Shown here: in pieces, positions 1 through 8,166 of the stretch
Position numbering within the stretch: position 1 is the first letter of the stretch
Layout of the letters: the number at the start of each line of letters is the position of its first letter
Origin: a virus
Taxonomy: Duplodnaviria; Caudoviricetes
Reading direction: 5' to 3' (one strand)
DNA length: 25,534 nucleotides
Virus record (IMG/VR): IMGVR_UViG_3300032086_002300
Location: 1-25,534 of that record
The notes under the pieces: model-generated
Told to the model about the DNA's origin: nothing
The model's database searches: none
What the model saw: the letters and a program-made list of their open reading frames with translations, nothing else
Program-made: the position numbers and the translations under genes

Positions 1-2
1 AG

Positions 3-359
3 CGCACATGGGCAGCAGTTATCTCTGACGGGATCATGCGCGGCAAGTTGGGCATGATAGAAGGCTGGGAAAAGATTATTATCCAAGCACCACAAAGTCT
101 GACAGTTGACGCAGGACGAGACGCCAACGCCGAGCGCGAAGACATGAAAGCCGGACTGCTCACGATGCGCGAGCATTACGGAAAACGCGGACTCGACTGG
201 CAGGAGGAGATTGAGCAAGGCGCACAGGAAATCGAGTTCCTAATCGGTAAAGCACGCGAAGTCGCCGACCGCACAGGCGCACCACTTTCCACAGTTCTCA
301 ATCGGATGAGTCTCCTGACTCCTAACGGTGAACCAATCAACCAAGCAACCGAAGAATGA
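3..359 (+). CDS. Portal protein, lambda family, C-terminal fragment (5' truncated by window edge)
   Basis: Frame is open from nt 3 (RTWAAVISDGIM...). VDAGRDANAEREDMKAGLLTMREHYGKRGLDWQEEIEQ resembles the lambda-type portal C-terminus, and the gene directly precedes an S49 protease with an ATGA overlap. Confidence 0.8.
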   Translation, partial: RTWAAVISDGIMRGKLGMIEGWEKIIIQAPQSLTVDAGRDANAEREDMKAGLLTMREHYGKRGLDWQEEIEQGAQEIEFLIGKAREVADRTGAPLSTVLNRMSLLTPNGEPINQATEE

Positions 360-1213
360 CACCACGCACACACATTGATACTTTGACCGAACTCCAAGAA
401 CAACCATGGTTGCTGACCGAGTCCTACCACGGCGCACTCCTAGACTGTTTGGAAAACTTACCAGCACTCGACGCAAAGGAATACACCATTGCCGCAAAAC
501 TTGCTTACAAGGATGAAGACGAAGAAAAAGGCTACATCGACATTGGTGACGGACTGGTCGAGGTGCCGATCACAGGCGCACTCCTTCGCCGACCCTCAGC
601 AGTCGAGCAAGCTTTTTTCGGACTGACTGACACAGCACAACTTCGCGAGACTCTTTACAACCTTGCAGCCGATCAGGATGTGAAAGGTGTATTACTGAAC
701 ATCGACTCGCAAGGTGGATCAGTAGGAGGAACACCCGAAGCCGCTCGAGCAGTCCGCGAACTTAACAAAGTGAAACCAGTCGTCGCCTACTCTGAAGGCA
801 TGACAGCGTCCGCCGCATATTGGATCGGATCACAGGCACGTCTGTTTGTTGCTGAACCTTCTGCCAAGATCGGCAGCATCGGGGTTTATGTTCCTGTAAT
901 CGATCAGTCAAAACGATACGCTGACGCTGGTGTAAAGGTCGAACTGGTGACAAACTCGGAAGGCACTTACAAAGGTGCTGGCTACGCAGGGACACCCGTC
1001 ACAGATGCACAGCGTGCCAACATACAAGAGCAAGTTGATTTGATCTTTGCTGACTTTAAGGGAGAGGTTTTAGCCAAACGACCAAAGGTAAAAGACGCCG
1101 CAATGCGCGGACAAGTCTTCATGGGTACACAGGCTAAAAAGCAGAACCTTATCGACTTAGTCGGCGACTATGGAGACGCGCACACTCTACTAGCTGCCGA
1201 AGTACTGAGATAG
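356..1213 (+). CDS. Prohead protease, peptidase S49 (SppA / lambda gpC-like)
   Basis: Motifs LNIDSQGGSVGG, MTASAAYWIGSQA, KIGSIGVY, YKGAG, GQVFMG and LIDLVG; lies between portal and capsid genes. Confidence 0.93.
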   Translation: MTPRTHIDTLTELQEQPWLLTESYHGALLDCLENLPALDAKEYTIAAKLAYKDEDEEKGYIDIGDGLVEVPITGALLRRPSAVEQAFFGLTDTAQLRETLYNLAADQDVKGVLLNIDSQGGSVGGTPEAARAVRELNKVKPVVAYSEGMTASAAYWIGSQARLFVAEPSAKIGSIGVYVPVIDQSKRYADAGVKVELVTNSEGTYKGAGYAGTPVTDAQRANIQEQVDLIFADFKGEVLAKRPKVKDAAMRGQVFMGTQAKKQNLIDLVGDYGDAHTLLAAEVLR

Positions 1214-1226
1214 ACAGCAAACCTTT
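1211..1226 (+). promoter_or_regulatory. Late-gene motif TAGACA-N4-ACCTTT, copy 1
   Basis: TAGACA gcaa ACCTTT; the same fixed bases recur at 6716 and 8125; upstream of scaffold and capsid genes. Confidence 0.6.
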
Positions 1227-1256
1227 GCCAATAACAACCAACCAACTTCGCAAAAA

Positions 1257-1676
1257 ATGGACGCTAACAACATCATTGAAGAGCACGCCGAGTTGACCGA
1301 GCAGGTCGCTCTGCTTTCTGAGGAGCGCGACACACTCGCCTCTGAACTCGAAAATTTACGAGCCGACTACTCAAAACTGTCCGAGGACGTTAACGAAGTC
1401 CTGCAAGACAACGAAGACCTCGAAGCCGAAAACGAACTTCTGAAAAAACAAGTCGCCGAAGCTGAAGACAACGACCGCGAAGTTGACGAAGAAGTTGCCG
1501 AGCAGGTTGTCGAAAAGGTTGCCGAGATAGTTGGCACCGAACCAGTAGAAGAAGAAGCGGAAGTAACCGCAGAAACTTCACGCGACGAACTCGTCGAACA
1601 TTTCCTTTCTATCACAGACGCCGCCGCCAAGGGACGATTCTGGGAGGAGAACAAGACCAAACTACTCAATCGCTAA
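1257..1676 (+). CDS. Capsid scaffolding protein (acidic coiled coil)
   Basis: Very Glu-rich heptad pattern with a short amphipathic C-terminal segment; lies between protease and capsid genes. Confidence 0.7.
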   Translation: MDANNIIEEHAELTEQVALLSEERDTLASELENLRADYSKLSEDVNEVLQDNEDLEAENELLKKQVAEAEDNDREVDEEVAEQVVEKVAEIVGTEPVEEEAEVTAETSRDELVEHFLSITDAAAKGRFWEENKTKLLNR

Positions 1677-1696
1677 CACACAGACACTAAAGAATC

Positions 1697-2593
1697 ATGG
1701 CTAACACCATCGCAACCGGACTCGCTAACGACGCGATTGCCCAAGAAAGTCTTGCCGCCCTCGTCAAGGAACTCTCTTGGTTCAAGAGCATTAACTTTCG
1801 CCCAACGACTACCGAGGTGATGAAGGGACAGAACTTGGTTCTGACCATTCCTTCAACTGTCTCAGCACAGACCTTCGGTTCAAGTGGCTACGCTAACGCA
1901 GACCAGACCCTTTCGTCTGTATCCTGTGCAGTCGACCAGCACAAATTTGTTGCCTACGGAATCCTCGACGGAGAACAGGACAGCAGTCTTGTAAATCTCG
2001 TTGATAGTTTCGCACAGGTTAACGCTCACGCACTCGCCACAGCAATCATCACAGACGTACTTGCTGACGTTGAAAGCGCAAAGACTTCCGACATACCAAG
2101 CGCACAACAGTTGACCATCACCGAAGCTAACTTCGGACTCGACGATCTCATCTCTGTAGGTGCCGACATGGACGAAGCTGGTATCCCGCAAGTAGGTCGC
2201 TGGGCATTGCTCTCCCCTGCTTACCACGCCAAGCTCGAAAACGAACTGATCACCACGATCAGCAATTCCAGCGTAGACGTATCTGGTACATTGACTAACG
2301 GAGTTCTTGGTCGCGTTCGTGGCTTCGACATCTTCTCCTGTCCATCTCTCTCATCATCCGAAGCAGTCTTCGGTGTACGTGACTCCCTCCTCGTTGCTTC
2401 CGCAGTTCCAGGATTGCCTGAAGTAACCGATGGCGGACAGATCACCTACGTCACCGAGCCTAGCACAGGTCTAACGGTTCAACGCCGAGTAAATTACGAC
2501 TACTCAGCCGCAAGCCTAAACACGGTCATGGCACTCTACTACGGTTCCAAGGTTGTCCGCGCTGACACCCTCTTCACCGTTGTCGCCAGCTAA
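1697..2593 (+). CDS. Major capsid protein, copy 1 (HK97 fold, P22-coat-like)
   Basis: Position after the scaffold; KGQNLVLTIP, spine helix AHALATAIITDVL, MDEAGIPQVGRWALLSP, GVLGRVRGFDIFS and C-terminal LYYGSKVVR; codon choice looks like a highly expressed gene. Confidence 0.88.
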   Translation: MANTIATGLANDAIAQESLAALVKELSWFKSINFRPTTTEVMKGQNLVLTIPSTVSAQTFGSSGYANADQTLSSVSCAVDQHKFVAYGILDGEQDSSLVNLVDSFAQVNAHALATAIITDVLADVESAKTSDIPSAQQLTITEANFGLDDLISVGADMDEAGIPQVGRWALLSPAYHAKLENELITTISNSSVDVSGTLTNGVLGRVRGFDIFSCPSLSSSEAVFGVRDSLLVASAVPGLPEVTDGGQITYVTEPSTGLTVQRRVNYDYSAASLNTVMALYYGSKVVRADTLFTVVAS

Positions 2594-2613
2594 CCCTAAC
2601 AGACTACTAGGAA

Positions 2614-3558
2614 ATGGCTAATAGCATAGCTACAGGACTGGCGAATGACGCCATTGCGGAAAAGAGCCTTGAAGCTCTTGCGTTGGACTTAACTTATATG
2701 CGTGAGGCGATAACATTTCGCCCCACAAACAAGCAGGTTAAAAAAGGGCAGAATATTGTTTGCTCTGTGCCTTCTGCGGTATCCGCGCAGTCATTCGGCA
2801 GTTCTGGCTATGCTAATGCCGACCAGACGCTGAGTCTGAAATATGCTCAGATGAATAAACATAAGTTTGTAGCTTATGGAATAAAGGATGGCGAGCGCGA
2901 CAGCAGTCTGGTAAATCTTGTTGATAGCTTTGCACAAGCAAACGCACACGCACTTGCAAGCGAAATTGCTAATGACTGTCTTTTTGGTAGTGGTGGTCAT
3001 ACCATCCGTATGTACAGTCAAGGTACATACGCTAATGGAACTATACCCTCGACTCAAAAGCTAGACATTACCGAAGCCAACTTCGGACTCGATTCAATGA
3101 TCGAAATTGGCAAAGTCATGGACGAAGCTGGTATCCCAAGACTTGGACGTTGGGCTTGGTTAACACCATCCTATCACGCCAAGCTGGAGCAAGAAGTCAT
3201 TCAAATCGGCAACAGTTCAATCGACGTAAATCAGACTTATTCTGAAGGTCGTCTTGGAACTGTTCGTGGGTTCAAGGTCTATTCCTGTCCCGGCTTAAGA
3301 ACACCAGATTTCCTAGACCAAGCTTCTGTTGTGTGCGGTGTCGGGGATTCGCTACTAATTGCGACAGCAGTCCCAGCTATGCCAGAAGTCAGCGACGGCG
3401 GAGAAATTAGCTATGTCACCGAACCTAACAGCGGATTGACTGTGCAAAAACGAGTGAATTACGATTACGAAAACGCAAGTCTGAACACGGTGCTGACTCT
3501 TTATTACGGAGGCGGAGTCCTTCGTCCAGAGACACTCGTGACCGTCAAAAACCAATGA
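2614..3558 (+). CDS. Capsid protein paralogue, copy 2
   Basis: Colinear end to end with 1697..2593 (shared blocks FGSSGYANADQTLS, DSSLVNLVDSFAQ, ITEANFGLD, MDEAGIP), with two short insertions; ORF intact. Confidence 0.88.
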   Translation: MANSIATGLANDAIAEKSLEALALDLTYMREAITFRPTNKQVKKGQNIVCSVPSAVSAQSFGSSGYANADQTLSLKYAQMNKHKFVAYGIKDGERDSSLVNLVDSFAQANAHALASEIANDCLFGSGGHTIRMYSQGTYANGTIPSTQKLDITEANFGLDSMIEIGKVMDEAGIPRLGRWAWLTPSYHAKLEQEVIQIGNSSIDVNQTYSEGRLGTVRGFKVYSCPGLRTPDFLDQASVVCGVGDSLLIATAVPAMPEVSDGGEISYVTEPNSGLTVQKRVNYDYENASLNTVLTLYYGGGVLRPETLVTVKNQ

Positions 3559-3779
3559 CCTTTGCGGTCATAGGAATTAGCCAGACAGGCAAACCAAAAG
3601 CTTTAGCAGTCACCGTCGACGGAGACGAAGCACAGAGCAAATTTAAACAAGTATCAGAAGCCGGAGGCAAAGCAGGAAAGACCCAATACGAGGAACTAAT
3701 TCTTTCCAACCTTCGCGGCATAATTCGGCGCAAAAAATTTAAGGTAAGACCGAACGAAAATGCGACAGCTTCTGATTGA
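3555..3779 (+). CDS. Small basic hypothetical protein (head module)
   Basis: ATGA overlap with capsid copy 2; 74 aa; no motif recognised. Confidence 0.6.
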   Translation: MTFAVIGISQTGKPKALAVTVDGDEAQSKFKQVSEAGGKAGKTQYEELILSNLRGIIRRKKFKVRPNENATASD

Positions 3780-5589
3780 CGGTTTTAATGACTTGCATGG
3801 GGTGTGCGGATCGACTGCCACCTTTGGCAACTCAACCGTCAACTGTCTTACCGATGAGGAAACGATCTTCGAGGATTTAGAACTTGGTGGTATCTCCGAG
3901 GAAATCGATGGTGCGCTTCAACTCCTAAAAGACGATTTCACAGTCATACCTGACGCGGGTGACAAGTTCACCTTCGACGGTAAACAGTTCAGAGTTGCGC
4001 GGGTACAGACAGACTTTGCTGACCCGATCCTGACTGTTGCTTATACGTTCTTGCAGGACATAGCGACAAACAGCAAACAAGGTACAGCAAGCATCACCAT
4101 CGGATCAAGTGCGACCGCAACGCACGAAGAGAACACAACGACCAACGCAACAGGCTCCGCAGGTATCACAATCAGCAGTTCTGCAACTGCCAGCACGCAC
4201 ACAGTCAACTCGTCAAGTGCATCTGCTGCAATTGCAATAACAGCAACAGGATCGGCAACTACGACCTCAACCACAAGCGCAACAGCATCTACTGCCATTG
4301 CCTTGTCGGCTGTCGCTTACGCTACCCTGCAAAGTGTAACTTCTTCAAGTGGTTCTGCTGCCATATCAATCGGCGCAACTGGAACCGCAACCACGACCTC
4401 GACCACTTCGGCAAGCGGTTCTGCTGCCATTTCAATATCTGCAACTGCAACCGCAACCACTTCGTCAACAACTTCGGCAAGTGGTTCTGCCGCTATTGCT
4501 ATATCTGCGACAGCAAGCGGTTATAACTCCAGTGACACAATACCAGACGAGACCCTAGAAGGTAATCACTTAGTAATGACTGGCTCAAACTGGTCATTTA
4601 ATAGTGACGCAGCAATTGGGACTCATTCTGTAAACTTTGGTGGATATTCTGACTATGGTCTTATCAATGAATCATATTTGAGTGTATTGCGCAGCCCTTG
4701 GTCGTTTTCATGTTGGTACAAACCCTCTGAGGGGGCTGTTGGTAGTAGCAATAACCCAGTACTAATTGACACAGGTATAAACAGCTCAGGAAGTAGCGGC
4801 GGTAGTTATTACAAACTGGTGCATTCATTACAGAAACTGTATTGGGTGACTCGCATTAATACATCCTACGGTGAGACTTTCCGAAGGACTTCCAGCAATG
4901 TGTTTAGTTCAGGGTCAGGTAACGACTGGATACATATTGTGGTCACGTTGGATAATGTTGGTGACCCAACCATGTACATCGACGGCAGCGAAGTAACGCT
5001 AGATACAGACTCAACACCGAATACGTTAAACATTTCTAATTACTCTAACGACTCAGACATAAGGATCGGTATTGCTGACACAGATAACGATTCATATAAA
5101 ATTGACGATGTAGCAATCTGGTCAACGGAACTAAGTAGCACACAGGTAAGCAACCTTTACAATAGTGGTAACGGTACAGACCTAAGCGGAAGCAGCAACC
5201 TCGCTGGGTGGTGGAAGATGGGAGACAGTAACGTCGATACTACTACATACAGCAGTTCAGCATCTGCAACAATAACCATAACAACCAGCGGAACCGCAAC
5301 GACTACTTCAACGACTTCCGCAACAGGATCGGCGGCGATAGCATTAAGCGCAACAGGATCGGCGACAACACACAACGAAACAAGCGCAACAGGTACGGCT
5401 GCGATTGCGATCTCGGCAAGCGCAACTTCTACAACTAGCAGTTCAGGAATAACCATTTCAACATTCGACACCGAAGCAAACATACTCGCCAGCACCCCGT
5501 CAGATGGTACAGTAGCATACGGAACCGACACCGAGAGCTATTATGTATATGACTCAAGTCTCGGCTGGGCAGAATTTATACCGTCATGA
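3760..5589 (+). CDS. Head-closure/head-tail joining-like domain fused to a Ser/Thr/Ala repeat stalk and LamG (ConA-like) domain
   Basis: First ~100 aa (PDAGDKFTFDGKQFRVARV) resemble gpFII-like head-closure proteins. ~22-aa S/T/A repeats follow. LamG motifs: WSFSCWYKP, WIHIVVT, MYIDG, IDDVAIWSTELSSTQVSNLYNSG, LAGWWKM. Confidence 0.7.
   Translation: MRQLLIDGFNDLHGVCGSTATFGNSTVNCLTDEETIFEDLELGGISEEIDGALQLLKDDFTVIPDAGDKFTFDGKQFRVARVQTDFADPILTVAYTFLQDIATNSKQGTASITIGSSATATHEENTTTNATGSAGITISSSATASTHTVNSSSASAAIAITATGSATTTSTTSATASTAIALSAVAYATLQSVTSSSGSAAISIGATGTATTTSTTSASGSAAISISATATATTSSTTSASGSAAIAISATASGYNSSDTIPDETLEGNHLVMTGSNWSFNSDAAIGTHSVNFGGYSDYGLINESYLSVLRSPWSFSCWYKPSEGAVGSSNNPVLIDTGINSSGSSGGSYYKLVHSLQKLYWVTRINTSYGETFRRTSSNVFSSGSGNDWIHIVVTLDNVGDPTMYIDGSEVTLDTDSTPNTLNISNYSNDSDIRIGIADTDNDSYKIDDVAIWSTELSSTQVSNLYNSGNGTDLSGSSNLAGWWKMGDSNVDTTTYSSSASATITITTSGTATTTSTTSATGSAAIALSATGSATTHNETSATGTAAIAISASATSTTSSSGITISTFDTEANILASTPSDGTVAYGTDTESYYVYDSSLGWAEFIPS
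4075..4520 (+). repeat. Degenerate ~66-nt (22-aa) coding tandem repeat, about 7 units
   Basis: Units such as TSTTSASGSAAISISATATATT and SSTTSASGSAAIAISATASG; boundaries approximate. Confidence 0.8.
5240..5450 (+). repeat. Same 22-aa coding repeat, about 3 more units after the LamG domain
   Basis: TSTTSATGSAAIALSATGSATT and HNETSATGTAAIAISASATS; boundaries approximate. Confidence 0.8.
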
Positions 5590-6509
5590 GTACATTAAAC
5601 ACTTGCACATCCTCCACCCGTCCAGCCAGCCCAAGTCAGGGTGATATGCTCTATGAAACAGATTCTTACAAGACGATTATCTATGATGGTAGTCAATGGC
5701 GAGAGTACCAATCAAGTAATTCTCCATACGACCTAGACGGGACAAACAACATTACCTTACGACCCCAAATGCATTTTGATGCAGGTAAAATTAATGGGGT
5801 GGATAGCTCGGGTAATCCTAGTAACGGAGGCAGCATAACAGGCAAATGGGAGTGTTGTATTACTAACACGTATGCAAGGCAGTTATCCACCAGCTTACAA
5901 TGCACATGGTACGCAGGAAACCAAGGTGGTACAGCATTGGCAGGAGGAGCAGGGGCAAACAATAAGCCTTACGCCTACACTAGTGCAGACTATTTTTATT
6001 TAACCCCAAGCATGGTCATTAGCAGGGGTAGACCCTTCACGTACATCTATGTAGCTAAGCCTTCGACCAAATTTGCTCCCTTTGGATACCCACTAGAAAC
6101 ACAGGATACCCGTGGTCATGCTGCGTTTTTCTGGGGAGGTAACACCTTTTATATGTATCACAACCAAGGAGGTTCACAGCAGACTGGCTTGAGTGGGGTT
6201 AGTGGATTAAATAACACAGACAATGCTGTAGTAGTAAGGCGAGAAAATCCTACTGGCGAAGGTCAGGGTGATGGCACAGGAACAAATACAACTATTCACA
6301 TTCAAGGAAACGCAAGCGCAAGTAACGCCAACACACAGACCGACGACCTAACTTTTGGTCTTCTTTTATATGCAACTAGTCAATTTAATAGCACAGGCAG
6401 ACTGTACGAGATTATGGCTTTTGACAGCTATTTATCAAACGCTGATCTAAACAGCATAGGTGCATATTTAAACTCCAAATACTCCATAAGTTGGACAGAT
6501 TTTTCATGA
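5586..6509 (+). CDS. Putative virion fibre/adhesin with lectin-like beta-sandwich domain
   Basis: N-terminal RPASPSQGDMLYETDS..IIYDGSQW fibre-type motif; MHFDA, GRLYEIMAFDSYLS and YLNSKY are typical of LamG-like domains; ATGA overlap. Confidence 0.65.
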   Translation: MSTLNTCTSSTRPASPSQGDMLYETDSYKTIIYDGSQWREYQSSNSPYDLDGTNNITLRPQMHFDAGKINGVDSSGNPSNGGSITGKWECCITNTYARQLSTSLQCTWYAGNQGGTALAGGAGANNKPYAYTSADYFYLTPSMVISRGRPFTYIYVAKPSTKFAPFGYPLETQDTRGHAAFFWGGNTFYMYHNQGGSQQTGLSGVSGLNNTDNAVVVRRENPTGEGQGDGTGTNTTIHIQGNASASNANTQTDDLTFGLLLYATSQFNSTGRLYEIMAFDSYLSNADLNSIGAYLNSKYSISWTDFS

Positions 6510-6718
6510 AGATAGTAAAATTTACCTCACAAGCAGAAGCGCAAGCTGAAGCTGATAGATTGATCACCACCCTCGACCTACCTAGTGGTATGGTCTATGG
6601 GGAACCGTGGCAGATTGAGGACGGTACTTGGGTTTTAAAGGTTAAAGAGGAAGGTAGTTACCCAGTTAAAGATGTTATACAGGGTGAAATAGAAAACTAC
6701 GATGCAAGTCTGACTTAG
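6506..6718 (+). CDS. Hypothetical protein (possible fibre chaperone)
   Basis: ATG at 6506 overlaps the upstream stop (ATGA) and is preferred to the track's TTG at 6491; small acidic protein after a fibre gene. Confidence 0.55.
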   Translation: MKIVKFTSQAEAQAEADRLITTLDLPSGMVYGEPWQIEDGTWVLKVKEEGSYPVKDVIQGEIENYDASLT

Positions 6719-6731
6719 ACAGAAAACCTTT
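6716..6731 (+). promoter_or_regulatory. Late-gene motif TAGACA-N4-ACCTTT, copy 2
   Basis: TAGACA gaaa ACCTTT upstream of the 6766 gene. Confidence 0.6.
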
Positions 6732-6765
6732 CACACACTTAAAACTCTAACCACAGGAAAACATC

Positions 6766-7125
6766 ATGTCCGCCGCCGCTAATTCATTCGAGAACACCGT
6801 CCTCGACACTTTAGGAAGTAACGCATCTACGCTGCACCTATACACAACGAACCCAACCGATGCAGACACAGGCACAGAAGTATCTGACTCCAGCTACTCC
6901 AGCCAGAGCATATCTTTTAGCACCGCATCAGGCGGATCTACCAGCAACAGCTCAGAAATCACTTTCCCAGCAATGAACGGCTCGGTGACTGTTTCCCATT
7001 GGGGAGTTAAGGACTCGTCCTCAAACCTGTTAGTATACGGTGCAATTTCTGGTGGTTCTGTTTCCATGAGTGCTGGAGACGTCATCAAGTTTGCATCTTC
7101 TGCCATTACGGTCACCTGCGACTAA
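6766..7125 (+). CDS. Small virion structural protein (widespread beta-rich fibre-associated family)
   Basis: Pattern ENTVLD...LHLYTTNPTDADTGTEVS...NSSEITFP...TVSHWGVKD...NLLVYG...GDVIKF, common in phage structural modules. Confidence 0.7.
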   Translation: MSAAANSFENTVLDTLGSNASTLHLYTTNPTDADTGTEVSDSSYSSQSISFSTASGGSTSNSSEITFPAMNGSVTVSHWGVKDSSSNLLVYGAISGGSVSMSAGDVIKFASSAITVTCD

Positions 7126-7400
7126 TGGAAGTCCTACTAGCAGACCCTAGGAATATTGCGCTGGTGCTAACCTCAGTTGTCGCCCTGGCATCTTCGATCT
7201 GTGCAGTTACACCGACCGTCAAAGATGACGAAGTGGTGAAGAAGTACGGCGACAAGATCGGCAAGGTCATTTCTGGAGTTTATAAGTTTGTAGAAGTTCT
7301 TGCGCTCAACATCGGCAAGGCAAAGGAACCTAGCAAAGCCGACGAGATTCGCAAGTTCCTACAGATTCCTGCTTTCATCAAGGAACGGTTCGACAAGTGA
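7125..7400 (+). CDS. Holin-like membrane protein
   Basis: N-terminal hydrophobic helix, then TPTVKDD and LALNIGKAK, a pattern seen in small phage holin-like proteins. Confidence 0.55.
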   Translation: MEVLLADPRNIALVLTSVVALASSICAVTPTVKDDEVVKKYGDKIGKVISGVYKFVEVLALNIGKAKEPSKADEIRKFLQIPAFIKERFDK

Positions 7401-7624
7401 AGTTAGTCTTCGCAGGTGTCCTTCTTATTTTTGCCGGATGCCAAACTATGAAGAACGCGCAGACCTTCGAGATCGACACCATGTTTTTCGACATCGAGGC
7501 GACGTTTTATCAGGACGACAAAGACACCACCACCATCGAAGAAATCAACGAAAATGGAACGACTCGGAAACATTGGAATTGGGGCGATAGGCAGCACATC
7601 CGCGATAGGGCTGGGTCAAATTAA
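7397..7624 (+). CDS. Lipoprotein (o-spanin candidate)
   Basis: GTG start overlapping the upstream TGA; signal peptide and lipobox MKLVFAGVLLIFAG-C. Confidence 0.6.
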   Translation: MKLVFAGVLLIFAGCQTMKNAQTFEIDTMFFDIEATFYQDDKDTTTIEEINENGTTRKHWNWGDRQHIRDRAGSN

Positions 7625-7724
7625 TCACATCCTTGGGATCATCGCAGGGACTGCTACGATCATCTACATGGTCATAGCCACAGGTAACGAACTGGCAAAA
7701 CGTAAAAACCGCAAGAATGACTGA
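7554..7724 (+). CDS. 56-aa membrane protein (holin-like), not in the ORF track
   Basis: MERLGNIGIGAIGSTSAIGLGQINHILGIIAGTATIIYMVIATGNELAKRKNRKND: hydrophobic segments and basic C-terminus; fills the gap to the 7717 gene. Confidence 0.65.
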   Translation: MERLGNIGIGAIGSTSAIGLGQINHILGIIAGTATIIYMVIATGNELAKRKNRKND

Positions 7725-8127
7725 AGTCGCAACAGCTATTCGCGGACTCCTCAACACCGCGCTGACCTCACACGGAATAAGTGTAACCGTAGGACAGTCA
7801 GCCGACACGGTCGAAAAGGAAAAACGAGTCTACGTGCATACCAGTACGACCGATAACTTTGATCCAGCGATCACCAACGTCCTAGAGACTGAGGTGCAGG
7901 TTGAACTGCGTTCCCACTACGAAAGTATGACGCTGGCAAACTTTGATGCCGCCTGGCGTGCAGTTTTAAACGTACTGGTCGACCCTGACCTAGGCACAGA
8001 CATGAACCTCGACACAGACCCTTTCCATATTGCGGTCGACAGTATTGACGCGGAAATAGACGAAAACTTCTGGACGCGAACTGCTACGCTGAAGGTCGTC
8101 CATGTTATTGATACCTCTACTACCTAG
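7717..8127 (+). CDS. Tail terminator/completion protein (putative)
   Basis: Acidic 136-aa alpha/beta protein immediately before the tail tube gene; called mainly from synteny. Confidence 0.55.
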   Translation: MTEVATAIRGLLNTALTSHGISVTVGQSADTVEKEKRVYVHTSTTDNFDPAITNVLETEVQVELRSHYESMTLANFDAAWRAVLNVLVDPDLGTDMNLDTDPFHIAVDSIDAEIDENFWTRTATLKVVHVIDTSTT

Positions 8128-8140
8128 ACACCCCACCTTT
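8125..8140 (+). promoter_or_regulatory. Late-gene motif TAGACA-N4-ACCTTT, copy 3
   Basis: TAGACA cccc ACCTTT upstream of the tail tube gene. Confidence 0.6.
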
Positions 8141-8166
8141 ACCAAACAACCAACCCTTTCAGATCA

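Noticed and set aside
2591-2616. Stop-codon readthrough fusing the two capsid genes
   Set aside because: The ORFs are in different frames, copy 2 has its own homologous MAN start, and I see no slippery heptamer at the junction.
4075-5450. Repeats as a CRISPR array or DGR template/variable repeat pair
   Set aside because: Units are degenerate in-frame coding repeats without spacers; no adenine-specific mismatch pattern was seen and no reverse transcriptase or cas gene is present.
7300-7590. ORF overlapping the lipoprotein as an i-spanin
   Set aside because: It has no TM segment, has an Arg/His-rich off-frame composition and a weak start.
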